This document shows positions 18,432-27,705 of a stretch of 64,000 bases of DNA, piece by piece (position 1 is the stretch's first letter; each line of letters opens with the position of its first letter). The stretch is from an uncultured Gammaproteobacteria bacterium (GTDB lineage: Bacteria > Pseudomonadota > Gammaproteobacteria > UBA6002). Position numbers and translations under genes: made by a program. The stretch is from NCBI GenBank assembly GCA_963705725.1, contig CAVPKM010000013.1:1-64000 (forward strand), written 5' to 3'. The notes beneath the pieces are model-generated. The model did no database searches. It saw nothing but the letters and a program-made list of their open reading frames with translations, and was not told the origin of the DNA.

Positions 18432-19267
18432 TACTTATCCTTAGTCAAACCTAGTGGATCACCCATATTAATTTCTTTTCCAGACTGTAAATCATTGAGC
18501 CTTACCGAATTTGTAGGGAATAATAAGATAACCGTCGATCCAAACTTAAAATGCCCCATTTCGTCACCTTTTTTCAGAAAAATTTCTTCGTGAGTATAAT
18601 CCTTGAGCCCCTTTATTCTGCCTTGAGGCTCCCAAACAGTCTCAATGCCAGCCACCAACATGGCTCCGACCATAATAATCGCAATCTGACCAATTTTAGT
18701 TTGAAATAAGCAAATTAATCGTTCGTTATTGCAAAAAAGATTGGAGGTGGTATCAACGGATAAGCGATTAACTGAAAATAAACGTCCAGGAACATAAAGT
18801 GTTTGCAACAGCTTGCCATCAAGTGGCATATGAACTCGATGGTAATTCTTCGGCGCGAGGTAAATGGTGAGAAAATTCCCCGCTTCAAATTCTTTAATAT
18901 AAGAAGATTGATTCGCGAGTAAACGTTTAAGCGTATAAGTCTTGCCCTTTGCTTGGAAAATCTCTCCGTTTTGAATGGTACCCGCTTGGCTGATGATTCC
19001 ATCAGCGGGGCACGCAATGCTATTTTCTCCTGATGCGATAGGCCGGGCGCCCGGTTTTAACGCGCGAGTAAAAAATTCATTGAAACTTTTATATTCTTTA
19101 GAATTGGCGCAGACAGCTGACTCTAGGTCTATTTTATAAGCGGAGATAAAAAGACTAATCAACGCGTTTTTAATAAATTTAATTTTACAATCTGCTAATT
19201 TTGCAATGCCGCGCGATAAGAGATGATGAGGGATGAAATATTGTAATTTAGAATAAAGTTTTTTCAT
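18431..19267 (-). CDS. psd: Phosphatidylserine decarboxylase proenzyme
   Basis: FNEFFTR, YLAPKNYHRVHMP, NERL, FKFGSTVILL self-cleavage motif. Confidence 0.95.
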   Translation of the reverse strand: MKKLYSKLQYFIPHHLLSRGIAKLADCKIKFIKNALISLFISAYKIDLESAVCANSKEYKSFNEFFTRALKPGARPIASGENSIACPADGIISQAGTIQNGEIFQAKGKTYTLKRLLANQSSYIKEFEAGNFLTIYLAPKNYHRVHMPLDGKLLQTLYVPGRLFSVNRLSVDTTSNLFCNNERLICLFQTKIGQIAIIMVGAMLVAGIETVWEPQGRIKGLKDYTHEEIFLKKGDEMGHFKFGSTVILLFPTNSVRLNDLQSGKEINMGDPLGLTKDK

Positions 19268-19335
19268 AAGTAAGCTCTGACAACTAAAGCATATTGTACG
19301 GTATCATATTCCATTAAAAAAGTATGGGGTGAGCA

Positions 19336-20547
19336 TTGAAAAAATATATCGTAGGTGGCGCTGTGCGAGATTTCTTGTATGCAAAATTACATGGAAAATT
19401 ACAAAACCCTCATGAAATCAATGAATACTGGGCAGCAGTGGAAAAAGACTGGGTGGTGGTTGGCAGCACACCAGAAGAGATGATTAACTTGGGTTTTCGC
19501 CCGGTTGGAAAGAGCTTCCCGGTATTTTTAGATCCAGATTCGAATGAAGAGTATGCGCTTGCACGTACAGAAAAAAAAGTAAAACAAGGTTATAAAGGGT
19601 TTATTTGCTACGCTAAGCCAGACGTTACCCTACTAGAAGATTTGCAGCGTCGTGATTTAACAATTAATGCGATTGCTGCTTTGCAAATCGAAAATATGAC
19701 GTGTGAAAATGTTATTGACCCATACGGCGGAATAAATGATTTAAAGAAAAAGCTTTTTCGCCACGTTTCACCTGCCTTTGCCGAGGACCCTGTCCGCATT
19801 TTACGTCTTGCACGTCTAGCTACGCGATTTGATGATTTTTCTATTGATGGGGAAACCGTTAAATTAATGATTGAAATGGTGGCAGCAGGCGAAGTAGATG
19901 CGCTTGTACCAGAAAGGGTTTGGCAAGAATGGCAAAAATCACTTGAGACGAAATCCCCTTGGCGTTTTTTTGAAATTCTGGATCAATGTCAGGCCAAATC
20001 AAAGCTTTTTCCAGAGCTCAGCTCCTCTATTCCCTCTTCTTTGCAACTGAATAAAAAAAAGCTATTAGCACAAGCTGCTCGACAAAAAATGGAACCTGAA
20101 ATTATTTTTGCTACAGCGCTATATGGAATAGAAATTGACTCGATTAAAGCGCTTGCTGCACGTTACCGTATTCCTCAAAGTTATGTAGAGCTTGCCTTGT
20201 TAGTGGCGCAATATTTTTCTTCATTTTTATTGTTGAGGGATAAGTTGAACAATTTGAGTGGTAGTGGGCAGGAAGAGCGCATAGCTGAACAAACGCTAAA
20301 ATTTTATCAGCAACTCGATGCATTTAGACGAAGCGCTCGTTTTGATTTATTTCTGAAAACTTGCTTTTTGTTAGATAAAAACCAAAAAGGATCATTAATC
20401 ACGCTATTACAGCAGTGCTTAATTCATTTAAAAAAAACCGATGCCTTGCCGATTATTTCTCAAAAAAATTTAAAAGGGAAAGAAATAGGAGAGGCGATAA
20501 ACAAGGAGAGAATAAAAAGCATCACAGCCTTTTTGTTAAATGCTTAA
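19336..20547 (+). CDS. cca: CCA-adding tRNA nucleotidyltransferase (no HD domain)
   Basis: YIVGGAVRD, EYALARTE, EDLQRRDLTINAIA, EDPVRILR, ERVWQE. Confidence 0.93.
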   Translation: MKKYIVGGAVRDFLYAKLHGKLQNPHEINEYWAAVEKDWVVVGSTPEEMINLGFRPVGKSFPVFLDPDSNEEYALARTEKKVKQGYKGFICYAKPDVTLLEDLQRRDLTINAIAALQIENMTCENVIDPYGGINDLKKKLFRHVSPAFAEDPVRILRLARLATRFDDFSIDGETVKLMIEMVAAGEVDALVPERVWQEWQKSLETKSPWRFFEILDQCQAKSKLFPELSSSIPSSLQLNKKKLLAQAARQKMEPEIIFATALYGIEIDSIKALAARYRIPQSYVELALLVAQYFSSFLLLRDKLNNLSGSGQEERIAEQTLKFYQQLDAFRRSARFDLFLKTCFLLDKNQKGSLITLLQQCLIHLKKTDALPIISQKNLKGKEIGEAINKERIKSITAFLLNA

Positions 20548-20556
20548 CCATAAGTT

Positions 20557-20586
20557 TCTCGCCTCTCCCTTGTGGGAGAGGTGAGA
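20557..20586. terminator. 13-bp hairpin between convergent genes (bidirectional terminator or REP-like palindrome)
   Basis: TCTCGCCTCTCCC-TTGT-GGGAGAGGTGAGA, with one G:U pair. Confidence 0.65.
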
Positions 20587-20612
20587 TAATACGCTAGGCA
20601 CTACGGCGAGGG

Positions 20613-21296
20613 TTAAGGGTCTTTGCGTCGTAACCAAATCACGGGTGCTGCGCTTAAGATTTCGCGGTCATGTAGGGCAAATTCAGTGACGCAGGCTTCA
20701 GGATTTAAGCAAATTAATGTGTAAAGTCCGGCTTGTGAACCAGGTTTCAAACGTCGCAATAATACTTCATTTTCCTTAGTTTCAATAATGCAATCCATAC
20801 CTAATACATTGTTAATCGCTTCATTATAACGTCGCTTACCTGCTACGTAGTCACCCTTGCGATATAAAGGGGTCATTCCGTCATCAGGCATGATAAATTC
20901 GACGGCATCAGGATTATGTTGTCTGAAAGCAAGGAGCTCGTTGACAATTGCTCGTTCTTCAGCAATCTCTACTCGACCTTCAATGACATCTTGTAGCTGG
21001 ACTTGTTTTTGAAACAGCTTGTCACTAAGCTGAGGAGGCGTACCAATGCCGAATAAAAGCCAATCCACGTTGCATCGAATGCCTTCTTGCCTGAAGACTT
21101 CGATTGCTCGTTTCGCACCTTTTTCGGTCAATCCCCCTGCTTTGGCGTCTTCCCAAGATTGCATCGTACTCGCACTGACATCATATTTATCTTCAAGTGC
21201 TTTACGAGATAATCCCGCCATCATCCTTAAGCTCTTGAGTCGCTTGCCTCGCGATTCAGGAGTTGATTTCTGATCTAATATATCGGCCACTGGCAT
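20613..21296 (-). CDS. XRE/cI-like HTH transcriptional regulator with S24-like C-terminal domain
   Basis: RLKSLR..AGLSR..L....VS.ST.QSWE HTH, VDWLLFG.G, then DDGMTPLY..GDYV. Confidence 0.85.
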   Translation of the reverse strand: MPVADILDQKSTPESRGKRLKSLRMMAGLSRKALEDKYDVSASTMQSWEDAKAGGLTEKGAKRAIEVFRQEGIRCNVDWLLFGIGTPPQLSDKLFQKQVQLQDVIEGRVEIAEERAIVNELLAFRQHNPDAVEFIMPDDGMTPLYRKGDYVAGKRRYNEAINNVLGMDCIIETKENEVLLRRLKPGSQAGLYTLICLNPEACVTEFALHDREILSAAPVIWLRRKDP

Positions 21297-21395
21297 TGTT
21301 GTTCACCTATTTGGTTAATAATTCACAAATTATATCAAAAATTTAAAAATTTCCATATTTTTTTGTTAAATATTTGAAAATCTTTAAGCCACATG

Positions 21396-21415
21396 CTTAA
21401 ATGAGCCTTAAAATT
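21396..21415. promoter_or_regulatory. CTTAA-N6-CTTAA direct repeat (PmrA-like box)
   Basis: cTTAAatga-gc-cTTAAaatt in the AT-rich intergenic region. Orientation is ambiguous because TTAA is palindromic. Confidence 0.4.
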
Positions 21416-21549
21416 GCCATACTATCTGAAAAAAATCAATAGTAACACTACTTTTAAAGGAGATAAAATAAAATGCTATGTGATTTACATATAATAACTT
21501 CAAAATCTTTTTATTTCATTTAATTATTTCATTTTTTCTTAAGTTTTTA

Positions 21550-21729
21550 ATGAAGCTGATTAAATGGCCACCTGAAATCGATGCGATTAAAATGATACGC
21601 GAGACAATATTTGGCAGGATAAAAAATACGGATATCTGGATTGACTTGGATGCCATTCAAATAAATGAATTTCCTAATTTACCAGAAAATTTGGCGGAGG
21701 TTTTTCATGCCTGGGCAAGTCGAACGTAA
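21550..21729 (+). CDS. Putative 59-aa small protein (below the ORF-track cutoff)
   Basis: MKLIKWPPEIDAIKMIRETIFGRIKNTDIWIDLDAIQINEFPNLPENLAEVFHAWASRT*. It fills the gap and ends 6 bp before the tatC stop. No clear RBS. Confidence 0.4.
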   Translation: MKLIKWPPEIDAIKMIRETIFGRIKNTDIWIDLDAIQINEFPNLPENLAEVFHAWASRT

Positions 21730-21735
21730 GTCCAT

Positions 21736-22416
21736 CTAGAATATTGCGGCGAATAAAAGCCCTACCTCGAATAACAGCCATAAAGGCACCGCCAACAAAA
21801 ATTGCGATAGGATATCTGGCGGAGTAAACAGCATTCCAGCAACAAAAGCACCGACGATGACATAGCGCCTTGCCCCGCGTAGTTGTTTGATGGTGGCTAA
21901 GTGGCAATGAACGAGAACCCAAACCAAGATGGGAACCTCGAAGGCTAAACCAAATGCAAAGAGTATTTGCAAGGCAAAATTTAAATATTGTCCGATTTCA
22001 GGTAACAGTGTGACTCCCGCTGGAGTAGTATGAATGAAGAATTTAAAAACTATGGGTAAAACAACAAAATAAGCAAAGAGAGTGCCGAGATAGAATAAAA
22101 TCACGCTAGGGAGCATTAACACCCAGGTAATTTTTTTCTCTTTCGAGTAAAGCGCAGGAGAGACAAATTGCCAAAAATGGTAACAAAAAAAAGGAATGAG
22201 CAAAAATAAGCTAACTAAAAAAACAAATTTAATAGGAACTAAAAGCGGTGCGGTAATAGAGGTTGAAATTAAGTGCGAAGCAGGCAGCTGTGATAATAAC
22301 GGTTGACTTAAACCTTGATATAGCGGATTGGCGAAAAAACAAAGTGGAATGAAAAAAAATAGGGTAACTAGGGTGCAGGCAAGCAATCGTTTCCTTAATT
22401 CTAATAAGTATTCCAT
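21736..22416 (-). CDS. tatC: Twin-arginine translocase subunit TatC
   Basis: LLELRKRL, WQFVSPALYSKE, FGLAFEVP, FTPPDILSQ, LLFE. Confidence 0.95.
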   Translation of the reverse strand: MEYLLELRKRLLACTLVTLFFFIPLCFFANPLYQGLSQPLLSQLPASHLISTSITAPLLVPIKFVFLVSLFLLIPFFCYHFWQFVSPALYSKEKKITWVLMLPSVILFYLGTLFAYFVVLPIVFKFFIHTTPAGVTLLPEIGQYLNFALQILFAFGLAFEVPILVWVLVHCHLATIKQLRGARRYVIVGAFVAGMLFTPPDILSQFLLAVPLWLLFEVGLLFAAIF

Positions 22417-22421
22417 GAGAA

Positions 22422-22592
22422 TTACTTTTTCGAGCTATCTTTGAGTTGAGCTTGCATTTCCTTAAGCATTCCCTTGAGCTGATGTAATAATTTCCCTGCA
22501 CCTGCAGCCGTTTTCAGCAATTGCTTGGGTCCCAGCACAATGAACGCAACCAAGAAAACAACAAAAATTTTCCATAGGCTAATTTCAATCAT
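22422..22592 (-). CDS. tatB: TatB (very short, 56 aa)
   Basis: MIEISLWKIFVVFLVAFIVLGPKQL, located between tatA and tatC. True start is ATG 22592. Confidence 0.8.
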   Translation of the reverse strand: MIEISLWKIFVVFLVAFIVLGPKQLLKTAAGAGKLLHQLKGMLKEMQAQLKDSSKK

Positions 22593-22740
22593 GCTTGTTT
22601 TTATTCTCCTCATCCAATCCTTTACGAAAGCCCTTAAAAGCTTCTGCCAAATCTTCACCTAAGTTGCGAAGCTTCTTCGTGCCAAATAGCAATACGATAA
22701 TAAGAAAAATTAATATGAGGGAACTTAGCTTCATTGCCAT
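22585..22740 (-). CDS. tatA: TatA (51 aa; not in ORF track)
   Basis: Manual translation: MAMKLSSLILIFLIIVLLFGTKKLRNLGEDLAEAFKGFRKGLDEENKNKHD*. AAGGAG RBS upstream. Confidence 0.93.
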   Translation of the reverse strand: MAMKLSSLILIFLIIVLLFGTKKLRNLGEDLAEAFKGFRKGLDEENKNKHD

Positions 22741-22752
22741 GATCTGCTCCTT

Positions 22753-22956
22753 TTAAAAAGCATTGGGTGTGATCAAACCCAGTAAATAGCCAACAAATAA
22801 CATAATAAATAAAAATAATGATAGACCAATTCGCCAAGTCAGTGCTTTTGCCATGCTGGTTGAATTATTCTTTCCGCGAATCATAAAAAAAACTGCGCTG
22901 CCTAAACAATAAAGTATCGCGATCAGTAGTAAAAAGATGATAAATTTTATTATCAT
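22753..22956 (-). CDS. Twin-transmembrane-helix small protein (DUF2909 family)
   Basis: LGSAVFFMIR...MAKALTWRIGLSLFLF...GLITPN, divergent from SURF1 as in typical cox loci. Confidence 0.85.
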   Translation of the reverse strand: MIIKFIIFLLLIAILYCLGSAVFFMIRGKNNSTSMAKALTWRIGLSLFLFIMLFVGYLLGLITPNAF

Positions 22957-22985
22957 GTAATATGTTTCCCTTTTAGGAGCCAACC

Positions 22986-23726
22986 TTGACTCATTCCAAG
23001 CCTATCATGAGTGTACACTTTTTTGGTTATGTATTCTCCCCCTCTCTTTTGCCAACACTTTGCGTGATCTGCTTACTGCCGATTTTAATTAACCTGGGGA
23101 TTTGGCAATTACATCGCGCTGCGCAAAAAAAGCATTGGGAACAACTTTTTTCCTCTAAAAGCACCTTGCTTGCCTTAAACGAAATCAAGCAGCTAGAAGA
23201 TAGGCAGTTACGTTATCGTTCTATTCAGGTGAGGGGAAGTTTTGATCCTGCTCATCTAATTTATTTAGATAATAAAATTCATCAACAACAGGTAGGGTAC
23301 CATATCTTTTCTCCATTTTTTGTGAGAGATAGCAAAAGGGTTTTGCTGGTTGATCGAGGCTTTGTTCCTGCTCATGATCGACATTCACTGCCAACTATTC
23401 ATACTCCAAAAAATGAGCTGTCGTTAAAGGGCTTGATTTATTTTCCAGAAAACACTTTTTTGCTGAAAAAGGATTTAAACCCAGCCAGCTGGCCGCTATT
23501 AGTTCAATCAATTAAGCTTAAAGAATTAGAGAAGGTTTTGCGAAAGCCTCTCTACCCTTTTTATCTGCTTTTACAAGAGGGCGAAGATTCTTTCTTGATT
23601 AAAGATTGGCATCCCGTTAGTTTTCCTTCTTATCGCCATACTGGCTATGCCATTCAGTGGTTTTTATTGGCTTTTACCTTGGTAGTCATCTATTTAATCG
23701 TCAATATTTCAAGAGAGACTTTATGA
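22986..23726 (+). CDS. SURF1 family cytochrome oxidase assembly protein
   Basis: LGIWQLHRA, LLVDRGF, RHTGYAIQWF. Confidence 0.92.
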   Translation: MTHSKPIMSVHFFGYVFSPSLLPTLCVICLLPILINLGIWQLHRAAQKKHWEQLFSSKSTLLALNEIKQLEDRQLRYRSIQVRGSFDPAHLIYLDNKIHQQQVGYHIFSPFFVRDSKRVLLVDRGFVPAHDRHSLPTIHTPKNELSLKGLIYFPENTFLLKKDLNPASWPLLVQSIKLKELEKVLRKPLYPFYLLLQEGEDSFLIKDWHPVSFPSYRHTGYAIQWFLLAFTLVVIYLIVNISRETL

Positions 23727-24307
23727 AACAATTTCAACGCAGAATTACGGTATCTATCTTGGTGCTTATTTTTATTGTTCCCATGCTTATTGCTTGGTTA
23801 AGTTATTCGCGCGGCTGGTTTCTTGTTGGCCATAAAGTTAATCACGGCACATTAATGCCGTCCTCCATCTCAATTGATTCATTGAATTTAATGAATGTTA
23901 AAGATGGTTCTCCGCCAATCCGGGGTAGGTGGTGGTTGCTTTATCTCACAGAGGAGGTCAAAGATCCTAAAACAGAGCAATTTATTTACTATCTGCGCCA
24001 AATTAGACAAGCGACGGGTAAGGATAGGGCGCGTATTGAGCGGGCGATTATCACCTTGCCAAAGTCAGAACAGGGAGCGATTGACCAGGTGTTGAAAAAT
24101 TTTCCGGGTACCGCTCATTTTATTATTTCTAATACAAAACTAGCAAAGCTTGAGTCAATTTTGCCTAAAAAACTTGCTTTAACAAAAAGTTCGCTTTATC
24201 TTGTAGATCCGCTTGGTAATATCGTGTTGTTTTACGGTCAAAATGTCACGCCCAAAAGTATTTTGCAGGATTTACAACGAGTATTAAAGGTGTCACAAAT
24301 TGGATAA
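23723..24307 (+). CDS. Conserved membrane-anchored protein of the cox assembly operon
   Basis: N-terminal TM, NHGTL, GRWWLLY, YLVDPLGN, DLQRVLKVSQIG. Translationally coupled on both sides. Confidence 0.8.
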   Translation: MKQFQRRITVSILVLIFIVPMLIAWLSYSRGWFLVGHKVNHGTLMPSSISIDSLNLMNVKDGSPPIRGRWWLLYLTEEVKDPKTEQFIYYLRQIRQATGKDRARIERAIITLPKSEQGAIDQVLKNFPGTAHFIISNTKLAKLESILPKKLALTKSSLYLVDPLGNIVLFYGQNVTPKSILQDLQRVLKVSQIG

Positions 24308-25355
24308 TACGAAAAAGCTTTACTTTGGAGTCGTGTTTGTTTCTCTCGTGCTAGCCTTCACAGTTGTGATTTTAGGCGCATATACTCGATTAAAAGAAGC
24401 AGGACTCGGTTGTCCTGATTGGCCGGGTTGCTATGGGCAGCTGGTAGTGCCAACATCCGCATCGAACGTGGCCTCAGCTAAAGCGCTTTACCCGCAGCAA
24501 GCAATTGAACCTGAAAAAGCTCAAGCAGAGATGACGCATCGTTATTTCGCCGGTTCTTTGGTTCTTCTTATCGCGACGCTCGCAATTTGGAGTTTTCTCA
24601 CCAGAAGTTCGAAGCAATTTCCCTATAAAATACCGTTAGTGCTGGTGGGTTGTATTTTTTTTCAAGCCATGCTTGGAATGTGGACGGTAACCTGGCAGCT
24701 GCTCCCACTTGTGGTAATGGGCCATTTATTAGGCGGAATGACTATTGTTTCATTGCTTTGGTGGCTATTTCTTCACTCCACATCAATTGCAACAACGCCG
24801 CCCTCAATCTCTCGTTCTCTTAAGCCTTGGGTGACTTTCGGAGTTTGTTTAATTTTTTTACAGATTTTTTTAGGAGGATGGACGAGTGCGAATTATGCTT
24901 CCATTATTTGTCCAGACTTTCCATTTTGTCGAGGTACACTTTTTCCTCCAATGAATTTTTCTGAAGGCTTTAACTTCTTTTCTCCTATTGGAAAAAATTA
25001 TCAAGGGGGAGTGTTGGGAGAGACCGCTAGGATGACGATACAAATGTCTCATCGCTATGGCGCGTTCCTGGTGTTCATCTATCTATCCTCACTAGGAAGT
25101 TATGTGCTTTTTTCCAGAGGGACAGGGGCACTTAAAAACACCATGAGTTTTATCTTTATCTTTTTATTTACACAAATATTCCTTGGCATTTTAAATATTG
25201 CTACCCAATTGTCCTTACCCATTGCGGTAACACATAATGCTTGTGCGTTGTTGTTATTGATTTCAATGTTGACGCTCAATTATCAGGTACAGAGCGCGCC
25301 CAAAAAGGTGGCAGAGGAGAGGAATATGGGATGTAAAGGAGAGTGGGTTTCTTGA
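24300..25355 (+). CDS. ctaA: Heme A synthase (COX15/CtaA)
   Basis: GAYTRL..AGLGCPDWPGCYG, EMTHRY, HLLGG. Confidence 0.93.
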   Translation: MDNTKKLYFGVVFVSLVLAFTVVILGAYTRLKEAGLGCPDWPGCYGQLVVPTSASNVASAKALYPQQAIEPEKAQAEMTHRYFAGSLVLLIATLAIWSFLTRSSKQFPYKIPLVLVGCIFFQAMLGMWTVTWQLLPLVVMGHLLGGMTIVSLLWWLFLHSTSIATTPPSISRSLKPWVTFGVCLIFLQIFLGGWTSANYASIICPDFPFCRGTLFPPMNFSEGFNFFSPIGKNYQGGVLGETARMTIQMSHRYGAFLVFIYLSSLGSYVLFSRGTGALKNTMSFIFIFLFTQIFLGILNIATQLSLPIAVTHNACALLLLISMLTLNYQVQSAPKKVAEERNMGCKGEWVS

Positions 25356-26242
25356 AAACAGGATTTTTTCGCGATTATTATGAGCTTTGCAAACCTCGTG
25401 TCGTTGCCTTGATGCTGCTGACTGCCATCGTGGGAATGCTGCTTGCATCTGAACAGGTCTATTGCAAGGTAATGTTATTAGCAACGCTTGGGATTGGATT
25501 ATCGGCATGCGCAGGCGGCGTACTCAATCAGTTAATCGATAGAAAAATTGATAGTTTAATGGGTAGAACTAAGCACAGACCCATCCCATCTGGTCAGGTT
25601 TCACCACAAAAAGCCGGTGTTTTTGCGTTGATATTAACTTTAGTTGGCATGATAGTGTTGATTTTTTATATCAATATTCTCACTGCTATTCTGACCTTTG
25701 CTACCCTGATTGGGTATGCGCTGATTTATACTATTTTCTTAAAAAGAGCGACATCTCAGAACATTGTGATTGGAGGATTGGCAGGCGCAATGCCCCCGCT
25801 GCTCGGCTCAACTGCTATCACCAATTCGATTTCTCCCGGCATTCTACTCTTGGTATTATTAATTTTTACCTGGACGCCCCCTCATTTTTGGGCTTTATCC
25901 ATCGCCCGTTTTGAGGATTATAAAAAAGCAGAAATTCCCATGCTGCCGGTAACCTATGGCATTCCTTTTACCAAGCTTTGTATTCTGCTCTATACCATAC
26001 TCATGGTTATCACCTCCATCTTACCTTTCGCGATTAATATGAGCGGCGGGATTTATTTAATTGCTGCCATCGTACTAGGGTTTGGCTTTTTATTTTATGC
26101 ATGGCAACTCTATCGAAACAATAGTGTCCAAATCGCAATGAAAACTTTTTCTTATTCTATTTTTTATTTAATGTTGATGTTTTTATTTTTGTTAATTGAT
26201 CATTATTATATTCTGATGTCGGGGAAGGAAATTTATGTCTAA
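25343..26242 (+). CDS. cyoE: Protoheme IX farnesyltransferase (heme O synthase)
   Basis: KPRVV, D..M.RT..RPIPSG, QNIVIGG.AGA.PP, WTPPHFWAL. Confidence 0.95.
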   Translation: MGFLKTGFFRDYYELCKPRVVALMLLTAIVGMLLASEQVYCKVMLLATLGIGLSACAGGVLNQLIDRKIDSLMGRTKHRPIPSGQVSPQKAGVFALILTLVGMIVLIFYINILTAILTFATLIGYALIYTIFLKRATSQNIVIGGLAGAMPPLLGSTAITNSISPGILLLVLLIFTWTPPHFWALSIARFEDYKKAEIPMLPVTYGIPFTKLCILLYTILMVITSILPFAINMSGGIYLIAAIVLGFGFLFYAWQLYRNNSVQIAMKTFSYSIFYLMLMFLFLLIDHYYILMSGKEIYV

Positions 26243-26903
26243 ACGCAGCAGCATACAGAAACCAGTTATTTTTTCTGCCATTGCATTTTGTCTAATTGCC
26301 GTCCTATTTGGTGCGTGGTCACAATACAATGTTCATCCCACCCATGACCAAGCGCTTAATCTCCAAAGTGGCACTGCATTTAAAACGCCTCGTGCGTTAA
26401 AACCATTTGAATTAAAAAATGCGCCGACTGGAAGCACATTTTCCAATCAACAGTTGAAAGGGCATTGGAGTCTATTGTTTTTTGGTTTTACACATTGCGC
26501 CTTGCTTTGCCCAACTACTTTAACCAGCTTAAATCATTTTTATCAAAACTTAGTAGATGATCAAGTTTCTCCCTTGCCACAAATTTATTTCGTTTCAATC
26601 GATCCGGAAAGGGATTCATTGCAACGCATTAATTCTTATGTCACTTCATTTAATAAAGCATTTAAAGGGGCAACTGGGTCAGAATCACAAATCGAGCAGT
26701 TGACACAAGAACTGAATATTCTTTTTGCAAAAGTTAAATCCAATCAAGAGGATGAGGATTACCAAATCGATCACAGCGGAACGGTATTGCTTTTCAATCC
26801 AAATGGCGATTTAGCCGCGCTTTTCTCTCCACCCATTGACGCCAAGCTGATGGCTGAAGATTTTAAGGCTATACTTAAGCAAGCGGCAGCTGCGGCCCAT
26901 TAA
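26235..26903 (+). CDS. SCO family copper chaperone
   Basis: FFGFTHCALLCPTTL (CxxxC), SIDPERD, IDHS. Confidence 0.93.
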   Translation: MSKRSSIQKPVIFSAIAFCLIAVLFGAWSQYNVHPTHDQALNLQSGTAFKTPRALKPFELKNAPTGSTFSNQQLKGHWSLLFFGFTHCALLCPTTLTSLNHFYQNLVDDQVSPLPQIYFVSIDPERDSLQRINSYVTSFNKAFKGATGSESQIEQLTQELNILFAKVKSNQEDEDYQIDHSGTVLLFNPNGDLAALFSPPIDAKLMAEDFKAILKQAAAAAH

Positions 26904-26918
26904 TCATTTTTCTGGGGA

Positions 26919-27422
26919 TTGGTTATGCAAATAGGGAAGTTACATCTATCTAATGCTGTGTTGAATAACTACGGCAAGTTAATTATTGCCACCCTGACCT
27001 TCCTGATATTAACCGCTTGCCGTCCCGATGCTGTGGATACAAAAAATCATCCTGTTAACATTTCGGATTTCAAAGGAAAATGGGTTCTCATTCAATATTG
27101 GACTACCTGGTGCCCGCTTTGTATTGAAGAAATCCCGATGCTTAATACGTTAGCCAAGTACTATCCTGATCAAGTTGTTGTTTTTGCGGTTAACCCAAGC
27201 CACCTAACTAATGCCAGATTAAATCATTTAAAAAATGCTTATCGCATTCAATATGTTTTTTTACAAAGTTTTCCAATTGAAAAATGGGGGGGGAAGGTTA
27301 AACAGCTGCCTGTCATTTTTATTTTAGATAAAAAAGGGAGACTAGATAAAACGCTGCTGGGGTTACCCGCTTTTTCAACCTTGCAGAAAATCTTAAAATT
27401 ACCCAATGTAGTTTATGATTGA
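26919..27422 (+). CDS. TlpA-family thiol-disulfide oxidoreductase (possible lipoprotein)
   Basis: GKWVLIQYWTTWCPLCIEEIP, LTAC lipobox-like motif. Confidence 0.85.
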   Translation: MVMQIGKLHLSNAVLNNYGKLIIATLTFLILTACRPDAVDTKNHPVNISDFKGKWVLIQYWTTWCPLCIEEIPMLNTLAKYYPDQVVVFAVNPSHLTNARLNHLKNAYRIQYVFLQSFPIEKWGGKVKQLPVIFILDKKGRLDKTLLGLPAFSTLQKILKLPNVVYD

Positions 27423-27705
27423 GAAAATTATGACTGATATTTGCAAACGCTTTAGGGTATTTGGTGAAGTTCAAGGTGTCTTTTTCCGTTATTCCACACA
27501 AAAAAAGGCCGTGGAATTGGGTTTGATAGGCTGGGTTAAAAATCAAGATGATGGCAGTGTGGAACTTATCGCCTGCGGTGATCAAGAACGTTTGGCGATT
27601 TTAGAACAATGGCTTTGGCAAGGGCCACCTGCCGCAAAAGTTGAATTGGTTCGCGTAGAAGAGATGGAGTGGGAAGCCTTTTCCAAATTTATAATTAAAC
27701 ATTAG
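27415..27705 (+). CDS. acyP: Acylphosphatase
   Basis: GEVQGVFFR, GWVKN..DGSVE, GPPAA.V. Confidence 0.95.
   Translation: MIEKIMTDICKRFRVFGEVQGVFFRYSTQKKAVELGLIGWVKNQDDGSVELIACGDQERLAILEQWLWQGPPAAKVELVRVEEMEWEAFSKFIIKH

Noticed and set aside
20613-21735. Prophage suggested by the cI-like repressor
   Set aside because: It is flanked directly by cca and tatC, with no phage structural, replication or integrase genes.
21674-22837. Track ORFs 21674-21922, 22229-22501, 22655-22837 and the long start of 22422-22658
   Set aside because: These are alternate-frame shadows of tatC, tatB, tatA and the DUF2909 gene.
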